Assembly: GCA_973895155.1 (NCBI GenBank)
Contig: OZ316893.1
Span: forward strand, 3,392,490-3,456,489
Length of the DNA: 64,000 bases
DNA from: Marsupella aquatica
Lineage: Eukaryota; Plantae; Marchantiophyta
Direction of reading: 5' to 3'
Made by a program: the position numbers and the translations under genes. The first letter of the stretch is position 1, and each line of letters opens with the position of its first letter. Positions 10,859-23,928 of the stretch are shown here, piece after piece. The notes beneath the pieces are model-generated. The model was given only the letters and a program-made list of their open reading frames with translations. It made no database searches and was not told the origin of the DNA.

Positions 10859-12860
10859 ATGAAAGGTGCTACCATCTCCGATGACACGACGAGTACTTGC
10901 TCGACTCAATCCATGTTTAATGACAGCTGCCAGGCTAAGCTGCAGGAGTTGAATACAAGCCTAGACAGCTTACATGTTGATGAGCGTCCTAAGAAGGACC
11001 CTATCGTGATCAAAGTGTAGGGTCGAGCACCTGTAGAATTTCTCGCTGAAGACCCGCAGTTTCAGAAGACCCTTTCTGAGGGTGGTTCTAATCCGAGCGC
11101 TGTTGTGGATAAATGGGCAGTCAACCGCTTGACTCGATTTCGAGAGTTCAGAGGATGGGATACGACAGTTGCATTCGAGGACCTCTCTTTGGCTGAATGT
11201 GCCTCAATTCTAATCAAGTTTTTTTAGCAGATCTGTAAGAAGGACGACAACTTGTATCCAACCCAGACATTAATGGGATTATACCGTGCATTCCATCGAA
11301 CACTGAGGCGCCGACAGGAAGTGCGAATTGTCCAAACAGGGAAGGACGAGCCCATGTTTCATATGCGCGAGAGTCCTTTGTTTAAGCAAGTTGGCATTGC
11401 TTGCGTGTTAGCCATGGAACGCTCAAGATCTAATGGTGCTAATTTGCCTCGCAAAAAGGCATCTGTCATCTCATTGGCTGATGAGTCCACCATTTTGTCT
11501 CACCCTTGCACATCCACTGTTCATCCTCGTGGCCTGCAACGTCGTGCAGTGTATTTCCTTATGTTTCAATTTGCCATTCGTGGAGGCGACGAGTTACATC
11601 GATTGGCAAAGACAAACTTCGAAATTGGCTGCAATGAGAATGGACCATTTGTAAAATACGATGAGCGTCTATCCAGGAACTACAAAGTTGGTTTTGGTCG
11701 GTATCAAGATGAGCATTTTCGTCCTGCTGTAACCAGCTACGACACTTCCATGGTTGAAACTATTCAGAGTTTGATTTCTCACTTGCCTGCTGCTGGCATA
11801 TTTCTTTTTTATTAGTGATAGTCCCCACACTCATGCATGGTACTCAACCCAACGTGTATCTATGAAGAAGTTGAGTGGCATTCTGAAGGAAATACATAGG
11901 GAATGTGGTTTGATTACAGACGGTGTCATGATTTTCTCTTTAAGTTATAAAAAAAATTGTTTGTTTTAATATGTTATAGATTATATAAGTAGTTTAGTAG
12001 TTAGATTATTAAATTTAGACTTTATTAACTTCTTTAGCTATATTAACGGACTATAGTAGTTCCACCAATGCATATGAGTAGTTCTATCAATGTATATGAG
12101 TAGCTCTACCAACGCACAATAGTTCTACCAACGCACAGTAGGTCCACTAACGCATAATAGGTCCACCAACGTATAGTAGGACCACCAACGCACAGCAGGT
12201 CCACCAACGCACAATAGTTCTACCAATGCACAGTAGGTCCACCAACACACAGTAGTTCCACCTACTAAAAGTAATTTCACCAACTATGAACAGTACTAGC
12301 ACACTCTTAGGTATTTGATGTTTGCCACTTGGCCTTCATCCAAGTGCTTGGGCTTGATCCATGCCCTCTTGGTGTGCACTATAAATAAAGTGGTGAGGGG
12401 CACTCTCCCCTCATTTCGCAGTGTTTATCATTCAAGGTTGTGAAGCTCTTTTGTGCCTTGAACATAGTAGTGGGGCGTCCTTTGGCCCGGATAGCAAAAG
12501 AATGAGTGGTAGACTTATAGATGGGACCTTAGGGAATAAGGTTTCTTTGGGAATAAGGTTTCTTTGGGAATATAGGTTTCTTTGGGAATATATGGGACTC
12601 GTATGGCGACTGAAGGCGTTCCTACAGAAGTTGGGATGATAATTACAGGCCATAAGAGCCAAGGTGCCTACTCTCGATATGATCGCAGCACAGAGTTGAA
12701 GGTCATAGCGGCCCAGAAATGCGTCAGTGGTTCATCCAGCTTTGAAGCAAACTTTCATAAGGAGATAGAACGCTTCAAGCAGAAGGTGGTAAATAGAGAT
12801 GACGACGATGGCTCGCCTAACAAACGGAAGAAGGGAGATGAAGGTACTCTTGTGCTACTT
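10859..12860 (+). pseudogene. Crypton-like (DUF3504-type) tyrosine recombinase, decayed and interrupted by a solo LTR
   Basis: In-order motifs: KWAVNRL..F; ILIKFF*QICKKDDNLYP..L; FAIRGGDELHRL (catalytic R); WYSTQRVSMKKLSGILKEIHRECG; and, after the insertion, TRMATEGVP...ITGHKSQGAYSRY (H...Y nucleophile). In-frame stops and a frameshift are present. Confidence 0.75.
11924..12519 (+). mobile_element. Solo LTR (~596 bp) inserted in the tyrosine recombinase
   Basis: Starts TGTCA and ends TTATA (probably TTACA decayed). 5-bp TSD GACGG (11919-23) / GATGG (12520-24). TATAAATA at ~12380 and 19-bp tandem repeats at ~12058-12265. Removing it rejoins ...GLITD-GTLGNK. Confidence 0.7.
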
Positions 12861-14938
12861 CTGTCATGTCAATCAGGATGTAGATCTGCAGCCTTTTGAA
12901 TATATGCATCCTTACTAATTTGTGTAATTTTTTGGCTGATGCAGATATGGCTCCCGCTGTTGGGTACATCCCTGCAACGGCGGGTCCAGGAGTGCAAGAG
13001 ACTCCTGCAATGATCGAGAGCCCTACCACAACTGAGGCAACAATTGCTCTTAATGAGATGGTTCCTATGGTAATTGAGTTGACTCCCATGATTGAGAGTG
13101 AATTATCTTGTGAAGTGAGTGCAGATGGCAAGGTCGACTGGAAGGATGACGGCTGGGTTGACGAGTACAATTGGGATGATCATTTTGAGAATTTGCAGCC
13201 CAGCTCTGTTGTTGTGAATCCTGTCCAGGCACTTTTTACAAAAGTTCAATGGATCACCAACTGCACTATTTCGATTTCTATTGGAAAGCTCGGGAACTAA
13301 TGTCGGAGTTACTTGTAGTTACTTGTAGATTGATTGTAGTAAGCTGCCTGCATGGCACTTTTGCTCAGTAGTTAGGACGTCCGTTAGACATAGATATTAG
13401 AGACAGTAGATACTAGTATTACTTGCACATGGTTTTGTCAGACAAACCACACTGTTCACGAGAATTGGTCAGATGACCCTTATTGATGTAATTTTTTCAA
13501 TTGTTTCTCAATAAAGTTTCACTCTCCACAGCGGGAGTTTTCATTTTCAAAAAAGTTATATCAACCGTATGTAAACCGTATAAAATAATGAGATATCCTC
13601 CACCCAAAAAACCCTAACATGGCAGCAGCCTAAAGCCCCAAAAAACATTACAACCACCCAATGACCTTAACGTGTAAGATAAGTGAGATAAGTGCGGTCT
13701 GGTCTAGGGTTCCTAGTCTGGTAACCTTCGTAACCAGACTAGAAAATGAAGAGAGCCTGACGGGAACCTGACTGGAGGTTTGTCAGGTGGTTGTAGCTCT
13801 AAATATATAGGATAAGTAGGGCGTGTCAAAGTCTCCCATAACCAAAGTTTTACAGTTTTTTTTTTTTAAATCTATCACCCTTAGGGGGTATTTATTTTGG
13901 TAGCTCATAATGATTTTGTCCTGGTCATAATATTGTTTTATGCCCTGAGCATAACTGAGTTACACTTGTGCTTTGACAAGCCCTTATTGCCTGTGTTGGG
14001 GTTACTAGCATGTAACCTTGTGAAGGAAAAGTGTAAAAAACCTGACAGGTGGCTATAGCGCACAACATATAGGATAATTGTGGTCGTTGGATCTAGCTGG
14101 GGTTACTCGCATGGGACTTTCTGACCTGAAAGTGAGGAAAACCTGCCCAGTGGTTGTAGCGCACAACATACAGGATGATGGCTGTCGGGTTTGGGATCAC
14201 TAGCATGTAACCCCTGTGACCAGAAAGTGAAGAAAGTTACCTGACCGGTGGTTGTAGCACACAACATATAGGATAATGGTGGTCGGGTCCGGGGTTACTA
14301 GCTATTAGACGCTCCATGGACCCAACACTAGACACAAATCCTGAATCCCAACCACAGTCCACTACCAATTCAGATGTTGGTGAAGGTGACACAAATGACC
14401 AGAGCCCTCCTACTGCATACAAGGACCTAGATTTATATGCAAATCCTTTGGATACCTCATATGTACCAACCTTGAAATCGGTGTGGATCCTCCCAAGGTG
14501 TCTCATCAATCCAGATTATTAATCTTTGTTGTGTCCTCGATTTGATGTACCACTGATCTAGAACTTGTCTTGGTCGAACATGGACTAACCCAAGTGCTTG
14601 CAAAAAGGACGACACTATGTGAGAAAACAATAGTGCTCTACAAAAAAGTTGCTTAGGTGATTGGACAATTGTCACTAGACTCAAGTAAATAAGAGGTTCC
14701 ACTGTCAAAGTAAGGCATTATCAGCTGTGCAGCAGTGGCGATCGAGGCCATCAGAGAAGCACGTGTTCTAAGTATTGAGTGGAATGAATGTGGCCCTGAA
14801 GCCGGTTGGAAACTGTGAGGAGGGGGTCTGGTCTCTTCAACAACAATGTGGCTAGATTGATTAAAATCAGAGAGGTCTGTATGCTCAGACACATCCACCA
14901 TGAGATTTCCTCTATGACAGCTTCTGCCTGCACCACTC

Positions 14939-15268
14939 TGTCACACCATTCTGAGTAGTGTAGTAGTATATCGTGCTATTAGAGTATGTACGTTTGGTAT
15001 GAGTGCTATTGGAGCCGATAAGGTTCTGTCAGGTTTGTGTGAGAGGGTACTTCTCACTTGTGAGGCATTGAAAGGTCATCTTTCAATGTTGAGCCTTGGA
15101 GAGAGAGGAGCTTGAGTGTGGCTATGGTGGCTGTGAGCTCCGCTTGTGTAACGTGGATTCCTTGGGTAGTGCAAGGTGCGTTGGCTTGACATACGTGTGT
15201 GATCGGATCGGTGCGGGATCGATGGGGTATTGTTGACCGAGATCATTGTGCCGATTGTATGGAGATTA
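14939..15268 (+). repeat. Terminal repeat A1 (330 bp)
   Basis: Matches 24245-24574 with 3 G/A differences by eye. Confidence 0.95.
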
Positions 15269-15536
15269 CATTGAAAGATCACATTCGAAATCTGTTGTAC
15301 GGACTGTGCGGATAGAAGTTCGATTGATTGAGTTGTCGATGGTTCGTGGTAGCTCGGATCGTGTGTTGTTATCGAACAGATCGTTGGTTTCTTGACCTGT
15401 ATCGTTGTTGTCCGATCGGCTTGCTTCCCGATCGATGTACAGATCTGTGATTGGTGACAGGTTTTGAGTTGGAGGTCGATTGATGATTCGTGGAGGAAAG
15501 CGAATGTTGAGTAGATGTTGGACAGTGGAAGTCGAT

Positions 15537-16085
15537 CCGTGAGGCTTCAGATCCGATTGCCGGCTACTGTGAGGCTTCAGATCTGATTGTCGGCTACTGT
15601 GGGGCTTCAGATCTGATTGCCGGCTATTGTTGGATGATGTTGGCAAGGCGCAGGTAAAGCGACGGCTCTTTTCCTGAAGGAACGGAGCTGCCAATGCCCC
15701 GTGCGACGATATCATCGTTTCAGTGAAAGAAACGAGGGTCAAAGGTGTTGAATCAAGCTGCTGCCAGTTCTGTGGAAGGGCTGCATTTTTCATGAAGGAA
15801 ATCGACAGTTTTCGGGAGCTTTTCGTGAAGGAAGTAGTCATTTTTGGGGTCAGGTGTGAGGCGCACGAGGTCACCCATCCCGAAAGTGCTCGTGTGAGGC
15901 GACGCGTGAGGTCACCCATCCCGAAAGTGCTCCCAACCGTGAGCGCGAAGTCACCCATCGCGAGCGCAGGCAGGTGCGAGGTCGAGGTCACCCATCCCGG
16001 GGCTATTCCGGGCCGTGAGCGCGAGGGGAGGCACAAGGTCGAGCACGAGGAGGTCACCCATCCCGGGGCTATTCCCGGCCGCGAG
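15537..16085 (+). repeat. Tandem repeats in the retrotransposon 5' leader
   Basis: 3 x 30-bp GTGAGGCTTCAGATC.GATTG.CGGCTA.T (~15539-15630) and 5 x GA(G/A)GTCACCCATC (~15867-16065); the region is CG-rich. Confidence 0.85.
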
Positions 16086-16541
16086 CGCTTAACTGGCAAG
16101 TTCTCATCCCACCTTGTGTACACACAAGCTTTGACAACTTGTTGTTTAGATTCAAGCGTCAGGGGGCTTTATACACTTCCCGGTTTGTTTAGAGGCCTAT
16201 TCTAGGCCAAATCAGAGGCAGTTTGAGAGTTTTTGATACTTCTGAGTCCATCTAGACTCACAGATTGAACCAATTTTGCCTTGGTTCTCATCTACAACAT
16301 TGGAGGGCCATTGTGAAGCCTATTATGAAGGCTCTTCCTTGAACCTTATGCACATTGTCATATTGATTTGCATTTGCTTTTGTGTGGAGAGTTGAATGGT
16401 ATCCATTCTTGTTTCTGGATCCTCTTCACACATGTTTCCTGTTTATGCGCCATGTTAGTTTCGTGTGGGCGCTTGATTCCATAGGAGTGATCCGGGTTTG
16501 CAACTGGACATTCTAGTGTGCTGTGTATTTCTCTCTTGGTG

Positions 16542-18550
16542 ATGTTGGAGTGATGCCCAACACACCATGGTGAGTGCTTGTGGTGCTGACAGGGATAGAT
16601 TGCCCTTAGGGTTAGCACATAGATTAGGTTAGGGTTGGTCACCACAGATTCTTTTGGTGCTGCTGGATTACCCGATGGACGACGGACCAGTTTCACTCGG
16701 AGTGGGGCATAGTTTCGGCCAGCGGCATTGGTAGCAGTTAGCAGTGCAGCTTCAGACAGTGATTCTGATGAGGACTCAGTGACCAGTTCTCCTCATCATC
16801 AGGTGGTTGCACCTTTGTTGTGGGATATGGACGAGATGTACGGGGCTACAAAGGGCCCACGACGATACTCTGGTGCAGTTGGCACAATTGATCTGGATGA
16901 CTTCATCCAGGAGTTTGATACGTGGTGCGATATGCAGACATTGCGTAATGTCACGTTGTTTACCCCTTTCATGGCATGGAAGGGATTATTCCAGCATTTG
17001 GAGGGGCCACCAATGGATGACTACCATGAGTTTCGGAAGGCTCATTTGGTTGAGATTGAGGCATGGAGGCAGCATTGGTCACCTAATTACGTGTCCATCA
17101 CCTATGGCACTAGTGCGGCTGCCCAACCAATTGCCACAGTTGCTGCTTCTTCTAGCAGCACTAGCCAGAGTGGCACACCATCCACCAGCAGCACTCCAGC
17201 AGCATCCACCACTACTCCTGCCGGTGTGATTGTGACAGGAACTAGAGTTGCGCCAGCATTTAATCCTGTGGTGGAATTCTTTGAGGTACTGAAGCAGAAC
17301 TATCAGGGTGTGAGAACTGATAAGTTGAAGGGTCTTCAGGAGTTCCAACGCAAGACTGGAGAAAGCCTACGTGAGGCATACACACGTATGCGCAGATTGA
17401 TCACTATCACCAAGGGAGTGACAGAGGCTCAGGCAGTCCAGTTTTGGTATGCAATTCTGGACAGAGAATTGCGACGCAGAGTGAGAGATGTCACTCTGCT
17501 TAGGGATGCAGATCCCACATTAGCAGTTGTTTTCACCCTTTCTGAGCGCATTGAGCTCAATATGGTGAATGAGAAGGTGGTGACTTTCGGATTTGCCAAG
17601 GAAGCACCAAAGGTTGCATCTACATCCACACCACAGCCTACTGCACGGAAGAGCCAGAGGGAGAAGCCTACTGCATGAGAGTCTACCAGCCAGAGACCTG
17701 TGCCCTCTTATGCTGGACAACAGTCAGGATGTTGGACCTGTGGTGGGGATCATGCACAGAGATATTGTCCAGATCATAGAGGATCAGGGGGAGCATCAGC
17801 GCCTGATCAGCGACAGTGTGATCACTGTGGAGCTCCTGGACACACCAAGGATAGGTGTTTCTCACTCCACCCTGAGTTACGGAGAGGAGGATCCCGTACA
17901 CATGATCAGGGAAGAGGAGGAGGAGGTAGAGGTGGTGGACGTGGTCGTGGCATGCCACATGCAAGGAGACAGGGAGGTGACGCTGCCCCTGCTATAACCA
18001 TAGATCTAAAGGATGCTAAGATTGCTCAATTGGAGCAACAACTAGCTGCCATGGCTAGTTCCCAGGTGAGACCTAATTCTGGTGATGGGGCATTTACATC
18101 CTATGGACCTTCCACATCCCATGGTCCTTCCACATCTTATGGAGCTGATGGAGACCTTGCCACCATGGGATTCATGTGTGGCACTGCACATATTGATGCA
18201 TCAGCAGCTTTGACACGTGGGGCAGCCAAAGCTCTTGAGCCCTGAGGAGCAGTAGTGGAGTTAGATCCACAAAGGGGGGATGCACGTCGGCAGACAAAGC
18301 TTCCTCAGTCTTTTACATTGTCAGAGACAGTTCAGACTACCTCTATGAACCCGGTTCGGACAAACCCTGATGTGGGTAAGTTGGCAGAATCAGGTAGTGA
18401 TGCAGCAGGGATGACAGGTACCTTGCTGGGGGCGGCTACTGCCATAGTACGCACCCCATTATTTTTAGCGACAGACATGCTGAACTTGGGAGTTGGTCCT
18501 GCAGAAGTGTTTAGATTGGCAGCTACACTCTGTGAGGACACTGCAAGTTG
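16542..18550 (+). pseudogene. gag: gag with two zinc knuckles, interrupted by in-frame stops
   Basis: One frame from ATG 16542 through ORFs 16728, 17700 and 18255. Retrotrans_gag-like FQRKTGESLREAYTRM; knuckles CWTCGGDHAQRYC and CDHCGAPGHTKDRC; RGG-rich tract. Confidence 0.85.
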
Positions 18551-19479
18551 CTTCCCATGCAGAAGCAACTTGCAGTGTTGATGCAGTGAAGACCATGCCA
18601 CCTACTGCTACTAGTGAGACATGGCATGCAGCAGCAGCGAGGTTGGTGGATTTACCAGCACGCCCTGCATTTGAGAGGACTAGGTTTAAACCTAGTGTTG
18701 TGTCATTGGATAATCGGAGTGGTATCTTCCGATTAGTTGGGCCTTCTGGAGCAGTATACCAGCCAGAGAGAGTGTTACTAGATACTGGTGCTCAGCCCTT
18801 GATGTTGGGGAAGTCTGCCATACGTGGATTGGGATTGCGTCCAGAGGATTTGGAGGATTGTCCCTTTCCCATTCAGAATTCATTGGGGGGACCTACACCT
18901 ACACAGCATATCACCAGGAGACCACTTGATTTGAGGATTCAAGAAGGTCATACCACAGATAGCTCACAGATACAGGCGCGAGCTATTCTAACTAAGGCAG
19001 AGTCATATGATGTGTTGGTGGGATGTACAGTGCTCTACCCCATGGGATTTATTCTTGATTTTTGGGAGGAATCAGTGTCATATAGACCTGATTGGCAATC
19101 AGGAGATGCTCGATTGAGCAAATTGCCAGTGAGATTTAGTGGACCTATGGGAGGCCCTAAATCCACACCATTGTCTTTGGCAGCATTCAGTGGTGTAATT
19201 GCTGGACCTGATGATTTGATTGAGGGTAATGCGCATGCAGCCAATGTTCCACCATTGGAGGAGTCTCATGAGGAGCACATCATGCGAGGATTACCTGTTG
19301 GCAGTGTTGTGCCACCAGTGTGGGGCACTGCACAAGCCTTGCCACAGGCAACAGCACGATTGGTACATGATGCATGGCGTCATGCTTTTACACCACAGTT
19401 AGGAGCAGAGCAGTCTCTTGTAGATGGACCTGTGACTCTTTCACCATTGGATACCACTCCTATTGCTTGGCAGTATCCA

Positions 19480-20440
19480 CCGGAGGGTATTTGTTTGTTG
19501 GATCTTTTTGGTGGGATTAGCACTGGATTGGCTGCTGTTCTTCAGGCAGGAATTCCTGTGCGTCGTTATTTGTATGTGGAGATAGATGAGACAACACGGA
19601 GGGTCTCATTGCGACATGTGGCTATGTTGGTGGATAGATATCCACAGTTGCTGCCAGTGGATGCTGTTCGTGGTTATCAGCATGCACTACCTGCTGATAT
19701 TTCATTGTTGGGGGCGGATCATCTACATCGTGTTGGCCCCATTGATTTGGTGATTGCTGGTTGGCCATGTCAGGGCCAATCTAGAGCTGGCATTGGGCAT
19801 GGACTTCATGATCCACGCTCTACATTGTTTTGGGAGATGTTACGGGTGCTGCGTCACCTCCAGCTACATCAGACACAGTCTCCAGCATACATTTTGGAGA
19901 ATGTGCCATTGTTAGGTGATGATCGTAGTCGGATTGTTGCCAGTGTTCACCAGGTGAGGTCTTGGATTGGACCTGTTGTGTTATTGGATGCTGCACGTGT
20001 GGGTTCTCGTGCACATCGTCCACGCTTATGGTGGACTAATTTGATCCCATGTGAGGTGCTGAAGCGCGCATTTGACAGCATTCCACGCTCACCAGCCTTA
20101 GTGGTGGATGATATTTTGGATCTAGGGCGTCGTGCACAGGGTGTGACCCAACCTGATAGACCTCCATTGGCAATGGTCAATGCAGTTGGGTGCCCACGTT
20201 GTGCATTACCCACTCTTGTAAGCCACTCTGCTTCATATGCATTCAGAGCAGGTGGCCCTGGACTTGTATGGGACACAGCTCTCCAGCAGTTAGTGGAGCC
20301 TACTGCTGATGAGAGAGAGCGTGCTATGGGATTTTTGACTGGCACCACTGCAATTGCCTCTATGTCAGAGGGTTTGCGGCGCCAGGTTCTTGGTCAAGCA
20401 ATGGATTTGAATTGTTTGACTTGGATTATCAGCTTGGGAG
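19480..20440 (+). CDS. DNMT3-like C5-cytosine methyltransferase domain within pol (no internal stop)
   Basis: Motif I LDLFGGISTG; II VEID; IV IDLVIAGWPCQ (catalytic Cys); VI ILENV; VIII AHRPRLWWTN; IX ERERAMGF; X RRQVLGQAM. Confidence 0.92.
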
Positions 20441-22875
20441 TAGCTAAACAGTTGCGGATGCGCTCTGCCGGAATTACTGATTGTCCCTTGGTGAGCTTGC
20501 GATCCACTGAGACAGTATTGACCACAGCTGGGGGCGAGCAGACAGTCCATGGACCTATGACAGGATTGGTGGTTGGACAGATTGTTGAGCAGGAAGGGAC
20601 TGCTCAATCTATTGCTAAATAGCAATCATCGGCTATCTCTTCTACCCTACAAAGAGATATTAGGGATTTGGTAGAGAGTTGGGAACCACAGCTTGGCCCT
20701 AAATTAACAGGGGAGGAGAGACGTCGCATGCATCGAAATCTGAAGAGTTATTGGAATTGTTTTGCATTCAGCATGAAGGATTTGGGGACATTGAAGGGCC
20801 CTGGTATTCAGATTGAATTGGCTAGTGATGCGCCAATCTTTCGTAGACCATACCGTTATAGTGACATGGAGAGAGCTCTGATTCAAAGCAGAACTCAAGA
20901 TTTGTTGGAGGCTGGATTGGTGGAGATTTCATATGGGGAGTATGCATCTGCCACAGTGATGCCAGCCAAGAAGGATGTGCATGGCAATTACACAGATAGG
21001 CGCATGTGTGGTGATTACAGACCTATTAATCGCCAGACAAAATCTGATCGATATGCCATGCCCACACCTGAGGAGATCTTTGATGCTGTGGGGCATGCAA
21101 AGGTTTTCAGTTCATTGGATCTGAGGGCAGGATACCATCAGCTTCCAATTAGGCATGCTGACAGGTCCAAGACAGCATTCTGGGGGATTGATTCTTATGG
21201 CAAAGATCGTTTGTATCAATGGTTATTCTTACCATTTGGGTTGAAGAATGCACCAGCTGAGTTCCAGAGAGTCATGGATCGAATCCTTGCAGGTTTGGAT
21301 TTTGTCAGATGTTATATTGATGATATTTTGGTCTATTCTTCTACTGTGGAAGAACATCAGCAGCACTTGCAGACTGTGTTGGAGAGATTGAGAGCACATG
21401 GGTTGAAGCTCCATCCTAGCAAGTGTAAGTTCTTCCAACACCAGATTGAGTATTTGGGCCACACCATATACCTAGGGGGATTGGGTGTACAGCAGACTAA
21501 AGTGGAGGCCATTACACAGATTCCTTGTCCTACTGATGTGAGTAGAGTTCGTGCATTCTTGGGATTGGCGAGCTACTACAAGAGGTATGTTAAAGGATTT
21601 AGCCAGCTTGCTAAACCTTTGACCATACTCACTAAGTTGGATCAGGAATGGATTTGGGGTGATGACCAGGAGCATGCCTTTTAGGAGTTGAAGCAAAGGT
21701 TGGCATCATCCCCTATTTTGAGAAGACCCATTTCAGGCAGACCATTTCAGCTACACACTGATTGGAGTGGAGTAGGACTTGGAGCAGTGCTGACTCAGAA
21801 GGATGATGAGGGGAATGAGTTTGTTGTGGCTTATGCCAGTAGATCAAACAATTCAGCAGAGGCTAAGTATAGCTCTTATGAGGGAGAGTGTTTGGCAGCA
21901 GTGTGGGCTGTTGCACACTTTCGTTGCTACTTGTTTGGTAACCCCTTCACCTTGATCACTGATCATCAGCCTCTTAAGTGGTTAATGGAGTCTGACAAGC
22001 TTACAGGGAAGCTTGCACGATGGGCATTGTTGTTATAGGAGTATGATTTCCAGGTGGTGCATAGGCCTGGAAAAGTGAACTTGGATGCAGATGGATTAAG
22101 CCGCAATCCATGTACCAGTCAGCAGGATGAGACTGGAGCCAGATGGCATGATGAGTCAGATAGGGAGATGGTGCCAGGATGGCATGCATCTGCCTTTCTT
22201 TGTTGGGTGCCAGCATACAGTGGATCTGTGGACTCTACCTCATTGGATGGAGTGGATGATGAGTCTTCAGATGTGGATGTTGGTGAAGTAACTTCTGGAC
22301 AGCAAGATATTCACAATGATGTGAGAGTGTTGGAATATCTGCGCAATAGTTCTATTGTTGGCAGTGTTGATGCCAAGGAACGTGACAGGGTTCTACAGAG
22401 AGCCAAGAGGTTTCGATGGGAGGGAAACCATCTTTTGAGAGTACTGCATGATGGTAGGATGTTGGTGGTACCAAAACCATCACAACGAGTATATTTGGTG
22501 CGACATGCGCACGAGGAGTTGGGTCACTTTGGTGTGAAGCGCACTTACAGCTTGCTGCAGACGCAGTATTAGTGGTGTGGTATGCACACTCATGTCCAGC
22601 AGTTGATAGCTAAGTGTGTGGTATGTGACAGAGTGAGAGCATCATTTAATGCTCCCACTCCCCAGTTGCACCCATTACCGATCATGGGTTTGGGATATCG
22701 TTGGAGTTTGGATTTTGTTGGTCCATTACCTCTTACCCAACGTCATAATCGGTATGTTTTGGTCATGGTGGAGCACTTCTCCAAGTGGATTGAGCTAGTG
22801 GCGTTGCCAGATAAAGCCAGTGGAGGAGTTGCTGCTACATTTTTGGATCATGTACTCAGTCATTTTGGAGCACCA

Positions 22876-23241
22876 GCTGAGGTGTTGACTGATCAGGGAA
22901 CTGAGTTCCGTGGAGAGTTTGAGAGTTTGTGTAAACAAGCTCTGATTGATCATCGTACTACCTCTCGTGATCATCCTGAGGCAGATGGATTAGCTGAGAG
23001 AGTTGTGCAAACTGTGAAGAGAGGATTGCGTAAGTATGGCTTGCAGGTTGGTCATCTCGCTGAGGTGTTGACTGATCAGGGAACTGAGTTCCGTGGAGAG
23101 TTTGAGAGTTTGTGTAAACAAGCTCTGATTGATCATCGCACTACCTCTCGTGATCATCCTGAGGCAGATGGATTAGCTGAGAGAGTTGTGCAAACTGTGA
23201 AGAGAGGATTGCGTAAGTATGGCTTGCAGGTTGGTCATCTG
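22876..23241 (+). repeat. In-frame 183-bp tandem duplication inside the integrase core
   Basis: AEVLTDQG...LQVGHL occurs twice (22876-23058 and 23059-23241), with about one internal mismatch. Confidence 0.95.
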
Positions 23242-23790
23242 GGAGATTGGGATCTCCAGCTACCTTGGTTAGCTATGGGCTACCGTTTCAGTCGGCAAGC
23301 ATCACTTGCATCCTTCTCACCCTACTTTTTGCTCTATGGTAGAGAGCCAGATTTGCCAGCAGCTATTCGTCGTCATGCTGCACCAGTTGTGAACTTGGAT
23401 GATCCTGATGTTTGGGTCAAGGTGTGTTCAGAGAGAGCACGGGTATTTCAGAGAGTGATGCCCATGGCTTTTGACAACCTTGCCATTGCCCAACATCGTG
23501 ATACTTTGAGGTATGCCACTATTCGTGGAGGAGGTTACCGTGCAAGCATTCGACGATTTCATCCTAGTGATTATGTTTATTTGCAGCAGACAGCACCCAC
23601 GACACTTGATGTGACCGCAGGCCGGACAATCTTACGTGTGCGTGAAGTGTTGCCTTCTGGTGTCCTGATGTTGGAGGGACGCGATGGTATGGTTTGGAAG
23701 GATCATGTGCGCAACTGTGCACCATGTCACCTTCCCAACATTGATGGTACAGTAGATCCAAGCTTGGCACATGTTCGTGCTGGCTTGAAA

Positions 23791-23928
23791 TGTATGTTGT
23801 GTGGATCTGCTCAGGGAGCAACTACTATGTTGATTTGTGATAAGTGTTCTAGAGGATGGCACATGTCATGTTTGACACCACCATTGCAGGTGATTCCTAG
23901 TGGATCATGGTTGTGTCCTCAGTGTCGG
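23791..23928 (+). CDS. PHD finger at the integrase C-terminus
   Basis: CMLC...MLICDKCSRGWHMSCLTPPL..IPSGSWLCPQC (C4HC3 with the conserved W). Confidence 0.92.

Larger units (their letters stand above)
9639..14300 (+). mobile_element. Putative Crypton-like element; boundaries approximate, defined by clusters of GGTTAC-N6-GTAACC palindromes
   Basis: The YR pseudogene is flanked on both sides by the same palindrome (9641, 9850, 14000, degenerate at ~14195). ~95-bp tandem units lie at 13997-14300. Confidence 0.45.

Noticed and set aside
15266-16205. 285-aa and 160-aa ORFs in the retrotransposon leader
   Set aside because: They are translations of GC-rich tandem repeats with no recognisable domain.
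16726-16740. CA-T-TGGTAGCAG as an LTR end plus tRNA-Met PBS
   Set aside because: It lies inside the reconstructed gag frame, and the preceding sequence has no counterpart at the 3' end.
19480-20440. Bacterial restriction-modification methylase or contamination
   Set aside because: The domain is in frame within pol, its motifs are DNMT3-like, and the flanks are intron-containing plant genes.
16542-22572. Stops repaired by U-to-C RNA editing or readthrough
   Set aside because: Such editing is organellar, and the TGG>TAG stop at 22570 could not be repaired that way. Deamination of methyl-C explains all of them.
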